Counted from the first letter of the stretch, positions 19,204 through 28,583 are shown. The stretch is DNA of 64,000 nucleotides from an uncultured Bacteroidales bacterium (GCA_963789985.1 CAWBNA010000015.1:76302-140301); one strand, 5' to 3'. A program made the numbers and translations. The notes: a model not told the origin generated them from the sequence alone.

Positions 19204-19803
19204 TTTGGTTATCCTTTTGAATATTTGATATTGTAATTCCATAATTCATTGATTTTGACTTAGTCAAACTCCTCGCTTCAGGCAATCTTGAATTTCTTAT
19301 ACATAATGCCCCATAGTCATATTTTTGTTTTTATATATCACAATGCTCTTCAGTTATTTAAAAGGACGAAATTTAATTAAGATATTTCAGAATAAATAAC
19401 CTAAATCGGAAAATCAGTTGTAATGTTAATTTCCCGGTTTCAGAAATTTATTCAGAGCGGATTTTCGGGGATTCAGATTTTAAGGGATTAATTGACCCCG
19501 GATACCTGGTATCCGATGTTTTTGTAAAGAAATTCCAACTCATTGATTACCATCTTTTATCCGGACAAATAGTTATACCTTTTATTTATTAATGAATTCT
19601 TCCGATATATTTACAACAAAAAACCTTTATTTTAAATACCAAAATCTCCCGGCTTTCTTTTATTGCCAGTTTCTGCATTGATATTTGATTTTATTTATCA
19701 AACTTGCATTAAAAATTGATTTAATTTGATCTTTGATATTTTGGCTGATAAACCCGTAGTTCCGGATTTAAAAATATACTATCAATAATATTTCTAAAAC
19801 ATT

Positions 19804-20634
19804 ATGCATGAAGTAATTGTCAGAAACCAGAAAATAAGCGATAAAAATTTCTTTCTGATCGCAGGGCCCTGTGTCATTGAAGAGGAAAAAATAATGATGG
19901 CAGCGGGAGAAAAGCTTAAGACCTTATCACAGAAATTGGACCTGCCGGTAATTTACAAGTCATCCTTTATGAAGGACAACAGAAGCTCAGTGGATTTTTT
20001 TGCAGGTCCGGGGTTGGATGAAGGATTGAAAATGCTGGAAAAGATCAGGCATACTTTTGACCTGCCGATATTATCGGACATCCATTATCCTGATCAGATC
20101 AATGCTGCGGCTGAAGTACTTGATGTTATTCAGATACCGGCTTATTTATGCATGCAGACCATACTTGTTGTTGAAGCTGCAAAAACAGGGAAAGCAATTA
20201 ACCTGAAGCACGGGCAGTTCATTGCACCGGAGAATATGGGGAAACCGGTTAAAAAAATTGAATCTCAGGGCAATTATAACATTATTCTTACTGAAAGAGG
20301 GTACACTTTTGGTTATAACGACCTTATAGTGGACCCAAGAAGTTTTCATGAGATGCGAAAATTTGGCTACCCTGTCGTTTTTGATATTACTCACAGTATC
20401 CGCAGGTATGGTATACCCAGCTCTGATCCTGCAGGGGGGTTGAGAGAGTATTTACCTGTGATTTCAAGGGCCGGAGTGGCATCTGGCGTGGACGGGATAT
20501 TCATAGAAGTCCACCCCGACCCTGCAAATGCAAAATGTGATGCTGCAAGTCAGCTTAAGCTTGATAATCTTGAAGAGTTTATCAAGCCACTGATAGAAAT
20601 TCATTATACAGAAAAAAAATACCGTATCAAATAA
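19804..20634 (+). CDS. kdsA: 3-deoxy-8-phosphooctulonate (Kdo8P) synthase, metal-dependent type
   Basis: 276 aa. FFLIAGPCVIE (Cys at the position that marks metal-dependent KdsA; E. coli has Asn), KSSFMKDNRSS, GPGLDEGLKML and VIQIPAYLCMQT parallel KdsA along its whole length. Confidence 0.85.
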   Translation: MHEVIVRNQKISDKNFFLIAGPCVIEEEKIMMAAGEKLKTLSQKLDLPVIYKSSFMKDNRSSVDFFAGPGLDEGLKMLEKIRHTFDLPILSDIHYPDQINAAAEVLDVIQIPAYLCMQTILVVEAAKTGKAINLKHGQFIAPENMGKPVKKIESQGNYNIILTERGYTFGYNDLIVDPRSFHEMRKFGYPVVFDITHSIRRYGIPSSDPAGGLREYLPVISRAGVASGVDGIFIEVHPDPANAKCDAASQLKLDNLEEFIKPLIEIHYTEKKYRIK

Positions 20635-20646
20635 AATGATGAGTTT

Positions 20647-21663
20647 ATGGAACTTTATCTTGATTCAATAAAGATAGAAGAGGTCCGTGAAGCAAATGAA
20701 CTAGGATTCCTTTACGGACTGACGACCACCCCGACTTTTATGCACAGAGAGGGTATAAAGGATGTTGACTCTGCAATCCTCAGTTTGTCAAAAATGGTAA
20801 ACATACTTCACGTTGAAGCGTTAGGCGACAATGCAAAAGAGATTGTTGATGAAGCTGAAAGACTTTTGGGCCTTGGATTGGATAAGGAGAAAGTCGTGTT
20901 TAAAATCCCGATTTCCCTTGAAGGAGCAAAAGCCTGCAAGATTCTCACAAACAAAGGAATAATGGTAAACCTTCATCTTGTTTATACTCTCCAGCAGGCA
21001 TATATGGCATATTGTGCAGGCGCCACATATGTCTGTATTCTCGTCGGCAGACTGCAGGATCAGGGACACGATGCGCTGGCGCTTATAGAACAATGCATGA
21101 AAGCTATGGTACAATATGATTATAAAACCAAGATTATGTTCTCTTCCGTAAGGAATGTCGAGCATGTCAGAAATGCAATAAATCTTGGTGTTCATGCCTG
21201 TACTTTGCCATGGAATATCTTAAAGCAACTTCCTCAGAATCATTTTACTGAAATAGGTATACAACAATTTGTAGAGGATCAGGAATTGTTAACAATCAAA
21301 GCTTCTGATCTTATGATAACCAGGAACGTATTCTTAAATTTTAACTCAACAGTTCTTGATGGGATGATGCTTATGACAAGTTCAAAACTGGGAGCTGTAA
21401 TTGTTCTTGATGACGATAAAAAGATTTACAGGATTTTTACTGATGGTGATCTCAGGCGATTATTACAATCAGGTAATTCTGCCTTGCTCCATAATAAGTT
21501 CAAAGAACTGCAATCCAATAAACCAATATCGATCGAAATCAATGCCCCGCTTACCGAAATTATCAGCTTAATTAAAGCCAAACAAGTTGATAATCTTGTT
21601 GTTATGGAAAAGAACAAGCCAAAGGGGCTTGTTGATATTCAGGATTTATTAAAATGGATCTAG
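20647..21663 (+). CDS. Fusion protein: transaldolase-family fructose-6-phosphate-aldolase-like domain + KdsD/KpsF-type CBS pair
   Basis: 338 aa. N-terminal ~215 aa: MELYLDS...GLTTTPTF, Schiff-base Lys context VVFKIPIS and YVCILVGRLQD parallel E. coli FSA/TalC. C-terminal ~120 aa: RIFTDGDLRRLL and the CBS pair parallel the KdsD C-terminus (GIFTDGDLRRV). Confidence 0.75.
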   Translation: MELYLDSIKIEEVREANELGFLYGLTTTPTFMHREGIKDVDSAILSLSKMVNILHVEALGDNAKEIVDEAERLLGLGLDKEKVVFKIPISLEGAKACKILTNKGIMVNLHLVYTLQQAYMAYCAGATYVCILVGRLQDQGHDALALIEQCMKAMVQYDYKTKIMFSSVRNVEHVRNAINLGVHACTLPWNILKQLPQNHFTEIGIQQFVEDQELLTIKASDLMITRNVFLNFNSTVLDGMMLMTSSKLGAVIVLDDDKKIYRIFTDGDLRRLLQSGNSALLHNKFKELQSNKPISIEINAPLTEIISLIKAKQVDNLVVMEKNKPKGLVDIQDLLKWI

Positions 21664-22325
21664 AAAAGGTATTTATAAAACTCGGAGGCACTTTTTTAAC
21701 TCCTGCAAGACAAATCAAAGCTTCACTGACCGGTATCAGAGCATTTGTATTTGACTGGGATGGAGTTTTTAACAGCGGGATAAAAACCGGTGATACAGGA
21801 AGCCCCTTTTCAGAAATTGATTCAATGGGCATCAACCTGTTAAGATTCAGCCACTGGTTAAAAAACGGTCAGATACCTCATACTTTTATTATTACCGGGG
21901 TGAATAACAGCGCTGCAATTGAATTTTCAAAAAGAGAGCATTTTGACGGTATATTTATGAATCTGAAGAATAAGAGACTGGCAATTGAAAGCATCTGTGA
22001 TTTACATAAAATATCCCCGGATGAAATTGCTTTTGTTTTTGATGATGTAATAGATATTGACGCTGCAAAGACATGCAGATTATCATTTTTTGTGAATAAT
22101 AAGTCAAATCCGCTGCTTGTCAACTATATCATACAAAATAAAATCTGTAATTACATTTCCACATTTTCCGGAGAAAATCACGCTGTGAGGGAAATATGCG
22201 AACTTCTGACCGGCCTTAACGGGAATTACGATCGGGTTGTTGAATTGCGTATCAGATTTGAGGGAGAGTATGAAGATTATCTTAAATCAAGAGATCAGAT
22301 TAATACTCAGGCAACGACATTCTAA
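21654..22325 (+). CDS. HAD-superfamily phosphatase, KdsC-like
   Basis: 223 aa. DxD nucleophile motif FVFDWDGVFNSG (compare KdsC DVDGVLTDG), FIITG, and AFVFDDVIDIDAA (compare YIGDDLID). The start overlaps the upstream stop by 10 nt. Confidence 0.65.
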   Translation: MDLEKVFIKLGGTFLTPARQIKASLTGIRAFVFDWDGVFNSGIKTGDTGSPFSEIDSMGINLLRFSHWLKNGQIPHTFIITGVNNSAAIEFSKREHFDGIFMNLKNKRLAIESICDLHKISPDEIAFVFDDVIDIDAAKTCRLSFFVNNKSNPLLVNYIIQNKICNYISTFSGENHAVREICELLTGLNGNYDRVVELRIRFEGEYEDYLKSRDQINTQATTF

Positions 22326-22402
22326 CCGCGGGTGAGACAGATTGTTTTATGCCATGAAATAACCTTATTTCCCGTTTAATATCTTTTCAACATGTAGCAG
22401 GG

Positions 22403-23479
22403 CTACATCCGGCGAAACCAGTTTTTTATTCTTTCCTCATTAACCTCTTTCTGCCAGTCCGGCCCATAGGCATGGCGCCACATATGATCGAGTCTAATGG
22501 CAGTGTCAGCCATTTTGGTTAACTGCTCCACGTTTAATTTTTTTGATATGCCTTCCGGAATATCAATACTATTTTTTTTAACCATTTGGTGAAATTCCCT
22601 GACATCATCCTGATAGACATCCTCCAATACGTTAAATGCTATACAATTAGCAATTCCATGATGCAATCCAAGAACATATGAAAGGCCATATGAAAGGGCG
22701 TGGCAGACGCCCACCTCGCTGAATCCGATACTCAGTCCTCCAAAATAGGATGTAACCATCAGCTTCTCATCAGCTTCCTGGCGGCTGAGTTTATCATTAA
22801 GAAAAACTTCACGGCATAATTCCTGAGATTGCAAGGCATACGCATCACTGATACTATTTTTGTTCGTGCCGTTTAAAGATTCCACATTGTGAATATAAGC
22901 GTCAGCCCCTGTATAGAACCGCTGGTTTTTGGGAGCTTCAGAGATCAGCTCAGGATCAAGTATGATCAGATCAAAAGGTGTGTATTCACCTTTAATTCCA
23001 AGTTTCTTTTCCGGACCGGTAAGAACAGCTGTCATTGATACTTCAGCACCGGTGCCCGACAGGGTTGGAACACCGATATGAAAAACCCCCGGGTTTTTTG
23101 CAAGATTAAGTCCCTGGTAAAGTGACGAGGATCCCTGGTTAGTAAGCATGACAGAAACAGCTTTTGCATAATCCATTGTACTCCCTCCGCCAATCCCTGC
23201 AACGGCAGAAGGCAGGGACTTCCGGCTGCCAATTATCTGATTACGGATTTTATCAACGATAATTGTTTTAGGCTCATCATCAACATTGACCCATATTATC
23301 GTATCCAGGCCTTTAAGAGGAATGCTTTGTGAAAATGGTTTATTCTTAAAATAATCATCAACAAGAAAAACCGTATATGCTCCACTGTAATTCTTTTTTT
23401 CCTCAAGAATATCAGATAACTGGTTGAAGCTGCCTTTCCCGAAAACACATTTGGGAACTGTTTTGATAATCCTGTACAT
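22403..23479 (-). CDS. Group III iron-containing alcohol dehydrogenase, KdnB-like candidate
   Basis: 358 aa. GIGGGSTMDYAKAV, PTLSGTGAEVS, GADAYIHNVES and CHALSYGLSYVLGLHHG are Fe-ADH fingerprints, not the dehydroquinate-synthase GGGVIGD type. Confidence 0.75.
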   Translation of the reverse strand: MYRIIKTVPKCVFGKGSFNQLSDILEEKKNYSGAYTVFLVDDYFKNKPFSQSIPLKGLDTIIWVNVDDEPKTIIVDKIRNQIIGSRKSLPSAVAGIGGGSTMDYAKAVSVMLTNQGSSSLYQGLNLAKNPGVFHIGVPTLSGTGAEVSMTAVLTGPEKKLGIKGEYTPFDLIILDPELISEAPKNQRFYTGADAYIHNVESLNGTNKNSISDAYALQSQELCREVFLNDKLSRQEADEKLMVTSYFGGLSIGFSEVGVCHALSYGLSYVLGLHHGIANCIAFNVLEDVYQDDVREFHQMVKKNSIDIPEGISKKLNVEQLTKMADTAIRLDHMWRHAYGPDWQKEVNEERIKNWFRRM

Positions 23480-23527
23480 AAATCCTGTCCTTTTTATTTT
23501 AATAATATCTTAAATACAACTTTACTT

Positions 23528-24718
23528 TTAAAAGGCCTCATTAAATGCTTTTTCAATTCCCTGCATCAGCATTTTTAAATCATTTTCAGTCCAGGTGATC
23601 CTGATCTGGATGGATATCAGCCTCGACATAATAGTGTCTGATTTTGGTATCTTCAAAGTTGCATAATCCTGCGGCGGGTCAAGCATTGTAATTGCAAGTC
23701 TGGCTGCAGTTTTCATTTGTTTTATATGGTTCCAGTTTTTAAAATAATGGTAATTATTATCGTACCAGTATGAATAGCTAATACCATATTTATCAAATCC
23801 CTGCAGAACTTTTCTTGCTACTGCTTCATTTTCCAGAAAAAAATCAAGAAAGGTAGCGCTGTCGCCATTTTTATCCGGGATCTTTCTCATACTTATACCG
23901 GGGAATTTTGTTAAAAATTGCTCCAGTTTGAGTTTATTGGCACGCTGATGCATTAGAATATACGGTAGTTTTCTGAATTGTGCCAGACCTATCGCCGCAT
24001 GCAGTTCACTTATCCGGAAATTTGTTCCGATAATATTATGAGGTTCCGCGCCCCTGTTATCACCTGTATGGCAATGGCCATGGTCAGAATGCTGAGAGGC
24101 GATTTCATATAAAGCAGGATCATCAGTGATAATTGCACCACCTTCCCCGGCGGTTATAATCTTAAAAAAGTCAAATGAAAAAATGGCAATTTTCCCGAAA
24201 GTTCCCAGCATTTTTCCATTGAATGAAGCTCCAAGAGCCTGAGCTGTATCCTCAATTAAAATAAGGTTACGTTTTTTACACAGATCTGAGATCTTATCTA
24301 TCTGAGCCATTGATCCGCACATATGAACCAGCATAACTGCTTTGGTGCGCGGAGTTATGGCCTTTTCAATACTATCAGCTGAAAGGCACAATGTTTCATC
24401 AATGTCAGCAAACACCGGAACAGCACCTGCCTGAAGCACAGCCTCAACCGGTGCAATGAAAGTGAATGTCGGCACTATTACCTCATCTCCGATTCCGATG
24501 CCACAGGAAGCAAGAGCCAGATTATCGGCAGTGGTACCGCTCGAAGTCAGATGAGCAAAACTAACTTTGTAATATTCGGCAAGCTCTTTCTCGAATGTTT
24601 TTGCTTTCCATTGACCATTTCTTTGTTGATCATGATTATAACGAAAAAGGATACCTGTTTCAAGCACATCCATTATTTCCTTTTTTTCTTCTTTCCCAAA
24701 AAGTTCAGTACCTGGCAT
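23528..24718 (-). CDS. DegT/DnrJ/EryC1/StrS-family PLP aminotransferase, KdnA-like candidate
   Basis: 396 aa. SGTTADNLAL, DEVIVPTFTFIAPVEA and PLP-Lys context FSFDFFKIITAGEGGAI. It lies 48 nt upstream of the Fe-ADH gene on the same strand. Confidence 0.8.
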   Translation of the reverse strand: MPGTELFGKEEKKEIMDVLETGILFRYNHDQQRNGQWKAKTFEKELAEYYKVSFAHLTSSGTTADNLALASCGIGIGDEVIVPTFTFIAPVEAVLQAGAVPVFADIDETLCLSADSIEKAITPRTKAVMLVHMCGSMAQIDKISDLCKKRNLILIEDTAQALGASFNGKMLGTFGKIAIFSFDFFKIITAGEGGAIITDDPALYEIASQHSDHGHCHTGDNRGAEPHNIIGTNFRISELHAAIGLAQFRKLPYILMHQRANKLKLEQFLTKFPGISMRKIPDKNGDSATFLDFFLENEAVARKVLQGFDKYGISYSYWYDNNYHYFKNWNHIKQMKTAARLAITMLDPPQDYATLKIPKSDTIMSRLISIQIRITWTENDLKMLMQGIEKAFNEAF

Positions 24719-24909
24719 AACAAATATGTATTTAATGACGAATCAAAAGTATAAGAAATAATCTCTCAATGTTGGTTAATTGAATTAATTTGAATTCCAA
24801 TTTGAATTTGTTCAAATTACAGGTAAATCAAATATAATTTCTATTTTTGGCGTTTTAAGAAAAAAAGTGTTAGTAATAATCTGGTAATTTGAAATAACAA
24901 ATTTGAACA

Positions 24910-25869
24910 ATGAGAAAGATTGCAGGTATTCTGATCGTCTCCGCTTTAATTGGTACAAACCTCCAGGCACAGGAACGGAATGATGTGATAAAAGCCTATA
25001 ATGAAGGCGCAAAGTCGATGCAGACTGATGTCCCGGCTGCTATTAAGTCGTTTGAGGATGTAATTACACTTTCTGACAAGGTTGGTGATAGCGCAGCCGA
25101 CCTAAAACAAAAGGCCGTACAGGTTTTGCCGGGATTGTATGTCAAAGCTGCCGCCAACACCCTTAGCGACAAAAAACCGGCCGTTGAGGTAATTAAAGCT
25201 GCAAAGGCAGCTGACAAGGCAGCTGAAAAATACGGAAGTGCAACAGGCAGGGAAAATGCCCGGAAGATTTTGTCACAAGGATATTATAACCTGGGCACTG
25301 AATTTTTTATCAGTAAGGATTATAATAATGCCCTGCTGGCATTTGACAGTCTTTTGGTGATCAACCCCGGCTATCCTGCGGCAATTTATAACAAGGCCCT
25401 GGTATTCAGAAATCAGAATAATGCCGCCGGCTTTGAGGAAAATATAGACTTATTTATTGATAAAATGAAGAGCGGTAATGATTCGGCAAGAGTAAAACAG
25501 GCATCCAGACTGGCACTTGAATATTTCAGGGCAGCCGGATCTCAGGCAAACCAGGCAGATAAGCTTGATGATGCTCTTGCAATGTTCAATAAAGCTGCAA
25601 AATACGGCGACGACAAGGACCTTTTCTATTACTTCGCCGATGTCTATAACAAGAAGAAGAATTTCGACAGCGGAGCAGAATATGCCCGGAAAGGTCTGGC
25701 CCTTGAGACCGGTGCTGCTGATGCAAAAGCAAAATTCTACTTTCAGCTTGGCCTTGCTCAGGCAGGTAAGGGACAGACTGCTGATGCCTGCGCTTCATTT
25801 AAAAATGCCATGTACGGACCTTTTGCCGCACCATCAAAAGCACAGAGAACAAACCTGAAATGTAAATAG
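24910..25869 (+). CDS. Secreted TPR-repeat protein
   Basis: 319 aa with a signal peptide. Ala/Lys-rich helical repeats with a TPR-like pattern (YYNLGTEFF..KDYNNALLAFD, YNKALVF). Confidence 0.6.
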   Translation: MRKIAGILIVSALIGTNLQAQERNDVIKAYNEGAKSMQTDVPAAIKSFEDVITLSDKVGDSAADLKQKAVQVLPGLYVKAAANTLSDKKPAVEVIKAAKAADKAAEKYGSATGRENARKILSQGYYNLGTEFFISKDYNNALLAFDSLLVINPGYPAAIYNKALVFRNQNNAAGFEENIDLFIDKMKSGNDSARVKQASRLALEYFRAAGSQANQADKLDDALAMFNKAAKYGDDKDLFYYFADVYNKKKNFDSGAEYARKGLALETGAADAKAKFYFQLGLAQAGKGQTADACASFKNAMYGPFAAPSKAQRTNLKCK

Positions 25870-26108
25870 AAAGCCAAAACCAAAAGACCTGCTAAAATTG
25901 ATCCGGCCATCTGTTGCCGGCGCCAAAGCTTTCATCATATAACTTTCATAATAAAGTCTGACCGGATACGTTTAATACCTGATGCTCAGCAAGGACAGAA
26001 GCTAAGGTTCTTTCATAAACGTAATGATCTGTTATGTGATAATCATTTATCATGCGCTTATTACAGGTTCAATCATGGTGATTAAAAAACCACTGATGTT
26101 CCCTGAAA

Positions 26109-26942
26109 ATGATAGAGACATTTACTGACGATTTCAAGATGACTGATATGGGAAAAACAAAAAAGAGTATCATAATAAGTGGGGCCATTATCCTTCTTTT
26201 TTCTTTCGGAAATCTGGCAGGCAAAACCGATCATCCGGGTGGATCAGATTCTGGCCAGACAAGTCCAAATTCTGCTCAGACAAAAACAAAATCCAATCAG
26301 ACTAAAACAAAGTCCGCTCAGGCTAAATCAAAATCCGCTCAGAAGAGTTCAAAAACCACACCGGTTAACAAGAACAAAGATTCCGGAACCGTCAGGATCG
26401 GTACACAAACCTGGGCGATAGCAAACCTGAATGTGAGCACTTTTCGAAATGGCGATTCAATTCCTGAGGCAAAAACCAACAAAGAATGGGAAAAATACGG
26501 TGAATCAGGAAAACCTGCATGGTGTTACTATAATAATAACCCTGTAAACGGTCCAAAATATGGTAAACTGTATAACTGGTTTGCAGTGAACGACCCAAGA
26601 GGATTAGCTCCTGTCGGCTGGACTTTGCCGGGTGACCCTGATTGGGCAAAGCTGACTTATTATTTAGGAGGTCTGGATGCAGCCGGCAATAAAATGAAAA
26701 GCACCAGTGGATGGATTGATGGCAACAATGGCACCAACGAATCCGGCTTTATTGGTCTCCCCGGAGGTTATCGGGTTGAGAACGGAGCATTTCTCAATAT
26801 GGGTAGTATTGGCACATGGTGGAGCTCTACAGAAAGTAAGTCTCTTGAAGCATTTGACCACTACCTTGCACTGAACGGCAGTTTAGGAAGAAGCAGCAGC
26901 TCCAAACGGTCCGGAGAATCAGTTCGTTGCCTGAAGAACTAG
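26109..26942 (+). CDS. FISUMP-domain protein with Lys/Ser/Thr/Gln-rich repeat linker
   Basis: IGTQTWAIANLNVSTFRNGDSIPEA, YGKLYNWFAV, GWTLPGDPDW, GFIGLPGGYR, WWSSTE and SVRC. Alternative start at MGKTKKS (26148). Confidence 0.8.
   Translation: MIETFTDDFKMTDMGKTKKSIIISGAIILLFSFGNLAGKTDHPGGSDSGQTSPNSAQTKTKSNQTKTKSAQAKSKSAQKSSKTTPVNKNKDSGTVRIGTQTWAIANLNVSTFRNGDSIPEAKTNKEWEKYGESGKPAWCYYNNNPVNGPKYGKLYNWFAVNDPRGLAPVGWTLPGDPDWAKLTYYLGGLDAAGNKMKSTSGWIDGNNGTNESGFIGLPGGYRVENGAFLNMGSIGTWWSSTESKSLEAFDHYLALNGSLGRSSSSKRSGESVRCLKN
26277..26360 (+). repeat. In-frame 21-bp (7-aa) tandem repeat, 4 units
   Basis: Units are cagacaaaaacaaaatccaat, cagactaaaacaaagtccgct, caggctaaatcaaaatccgct and cagaagagttcaaaaaccaca. 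They encode QTKTKSN, QTKTKSA, QAKSKSA and QKSSKTT. Confidence 0.85.
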
Positions 26943-27199
26943 TTATACCCTTATTTCCGGTCCAAAATAAAAAGCCGGTCTTAAACCCAAAATCCGGGTC
27001 CTGCTGATCTTAACAGTCAGATTTTTTTATTGAATTCCAGGACATTGAATAAAGATTGTTCAAAAGTTGCTGACCCTGAACTGACTCTGGAAATGCTGAT
27101 TACCTAAGACTGATCCGCATTCCGGGAAGGTTGCAGTCATCCGTTATCGGTCTTAATTATATTCTTTACATTTGATTGATATAATATGATATAGAATTT

Positions 27200-28369
27200 A
27201 TGAATAAAAAACTTCTGATAATCAGTCTGCTGATAATAGGATCCGGGGTTGTTGCTTTATCGCAGAGTCCTGATAATGAATATTTTAAGCAACCATCGAT
27301 TCTGGATACTGCTAATAGCCAGAAGATTCTTTTCAGAGTTGAGGACATAAATTTTTTCAGGAATCTCGAATATTTCAGTCCGATAGCAGAAGGGCATACA
27401 TATATTGGATTTATTTTACGACCATCCTTTGCTTATCAGCCTACATCCAATACCTGCTTACAGGTCGGGTATCATTTTCTGAAATATTCAGGAATTGCCG
27501 GCTTTTCACAGACCATACCTTTCCTGAGATTTCAATACCGGATAACACCCGGGCTGGATCTGATAATGGGAAGCTTATACAGTACATTAAATCACAGGAT
27601 GATTGAGCCGATGTATGGTTTTGACAGATATATAGAAGACAATGTTGAAAATGGAATAGAGTTTTTATATCATAATGAACATTACAGAGGAGATTTATGG
27701 CTGAACTGGGAGAAGTTTATCGGATTCGAAGATCCGCAGAAAGAACAGTTTTCTGTAGGTTATACATCGGAGATTATTCTCACAAGCCCATCTAAACCTC
27801 TGAAAATCAGTATTCCTGTCCAATTCTTATTCGCACATAAGGGAGGACAGAATACTCTTGACACCACCGCTATGTTTACTCGTTTTAACGGAGCCGCAGG
27901 TTTGTCAATAGAGCATAGTTTTGATCGCCCGTTCATTAAAAGTATCGGTGGTTATGGATATTATCTGGTTTACAAAGATCTTGTAACACCACACGAAATT
28001 GCTTATACTTCCGGAAATGCAACTTATGTAAATATTTATTTAAATACTGCATTCATTAATTTTACAATTGGACACTGGAGAGGTTTTCAATTTTTCAATC
28101 CACGGGGGGAAAGGTATTTTAGTAATATTTCTACAATAGATGATCCTGAGCGATTGGCTGTACCGACACCCGGCCAATATAAAACACCGGTCAGGAATTT
28201 ATTTTTATCAAAAGTATTTATTCATCATGAGGTTAATAATGGGATTAAGCTGGCCGCAGCTTATGAATCCTTTTATGATTATAAAAATTCAAGATATGAT
28301 TTTTACTATGCCCTGTATGTGCTATGCAACATGGATTTTTTTATTCATAAGGTACACTTTACTAACTGA
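27200..28369 (+). CDS. Hypothetical secreted protein, probably outer-membrane beta-barrel
   Basis: 389 aa with a signal peptide. Aromatic-rich alternating pattern. No family recognised. Confidence 0.5.
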   Translation: MNKKLLIISLLIIGSGVVALSQSPDNEYFKQPSILDTANSQKILFRVEDINFFRNLEYFSPIAEGHTYIGFILRPSFAYQPTSNTCLQVGYHFLKYSGIAGFSQTIPFLRFQYRITPGLDLIMGSLYSTLNHRMIEPMYGFDRYIEDNVENGIEFLYHNEHYRGDLWLNWEKFIGFEDPQKEQFSVGYTSEIILTSPSKPLKISIPVQFLFAHKGGQNTLDTTAMFTRFNGAAGLSIEHSFDRPFIKSIGGYGYYLVYKDLVTPHEIAYTSGNATYVNIYLNTAFINFTIGHWRGFQFFNPRGERYFSNISTIDDPERLAVPTPGQYKTPVRNLFLSKVFIHHEVNNGIKLAAAYESFYDYKNSRYDFYYALYVLCNMDFFIHKVHFTN

Positions 28370-28583
28370 AGTAATTGTAACAGTGCGCCCAATATAACCT
28401 GAATCCGGCTTATGCCTGAAATCCCGGACACTTCTCTCACAATCATTAAAACTTGCTTTTCCGACATAAATAAATATTTGCTTGTTTAAAGTGAAAAAGT
28501 CAGTATTGTCAAAAACCGCCTGATAATACCTGGAACTTTCCCTATTTTTGCTGCTTATTCAGTCGGAGTAAATTTGTTTTACA

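Noticed and set aside
22392-22408. Hairpin ATGTAGC-AGG-GCTACAT at the convergent junction of the kdsC-like and Fe-ADH genes
   Set aside because: The stem is short with a 3-nt loop and no T-tract in either direction, and it overlaps the ADH stop codon. This is insufficient to call a terminator.
22403-24718. Alternative reading of the ADH + aminotransferase pair as a 2-deoxy-scyllo-inosose synthase/aminotransferase (aminocyclitol) pair
   Set aside because: The 358-aa protein has group III Fe-ADH fingerprints (GGGSTMDYAKAV, His cluster HALSYGLSYVLGLHHG) rather than dehydroquinate-synthase-type motifs. The neighbours are Kdo-pathway genes.
25517-25858. 113-aa forward alternative-frame ORF and 70-aa reverse ORF inside the TPR gene
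   Set aside because: The Ala-rich (GC-rich codon) TPR gene keeps other frames open by chance. The products are Arg/Gln/Pro-rich with no motifs.
28569-28576. Exact match TAAATTTG to the Bacteroidetes -7 promoter consensus (TAnnTTTG) upstream of menA
   Set aside because: It ends only 7 nt before the ATG, which would imply an essentially leaderless mRNA. Such 8-mers are frequent in AT-rich spacers, so it is not reported as a feature.
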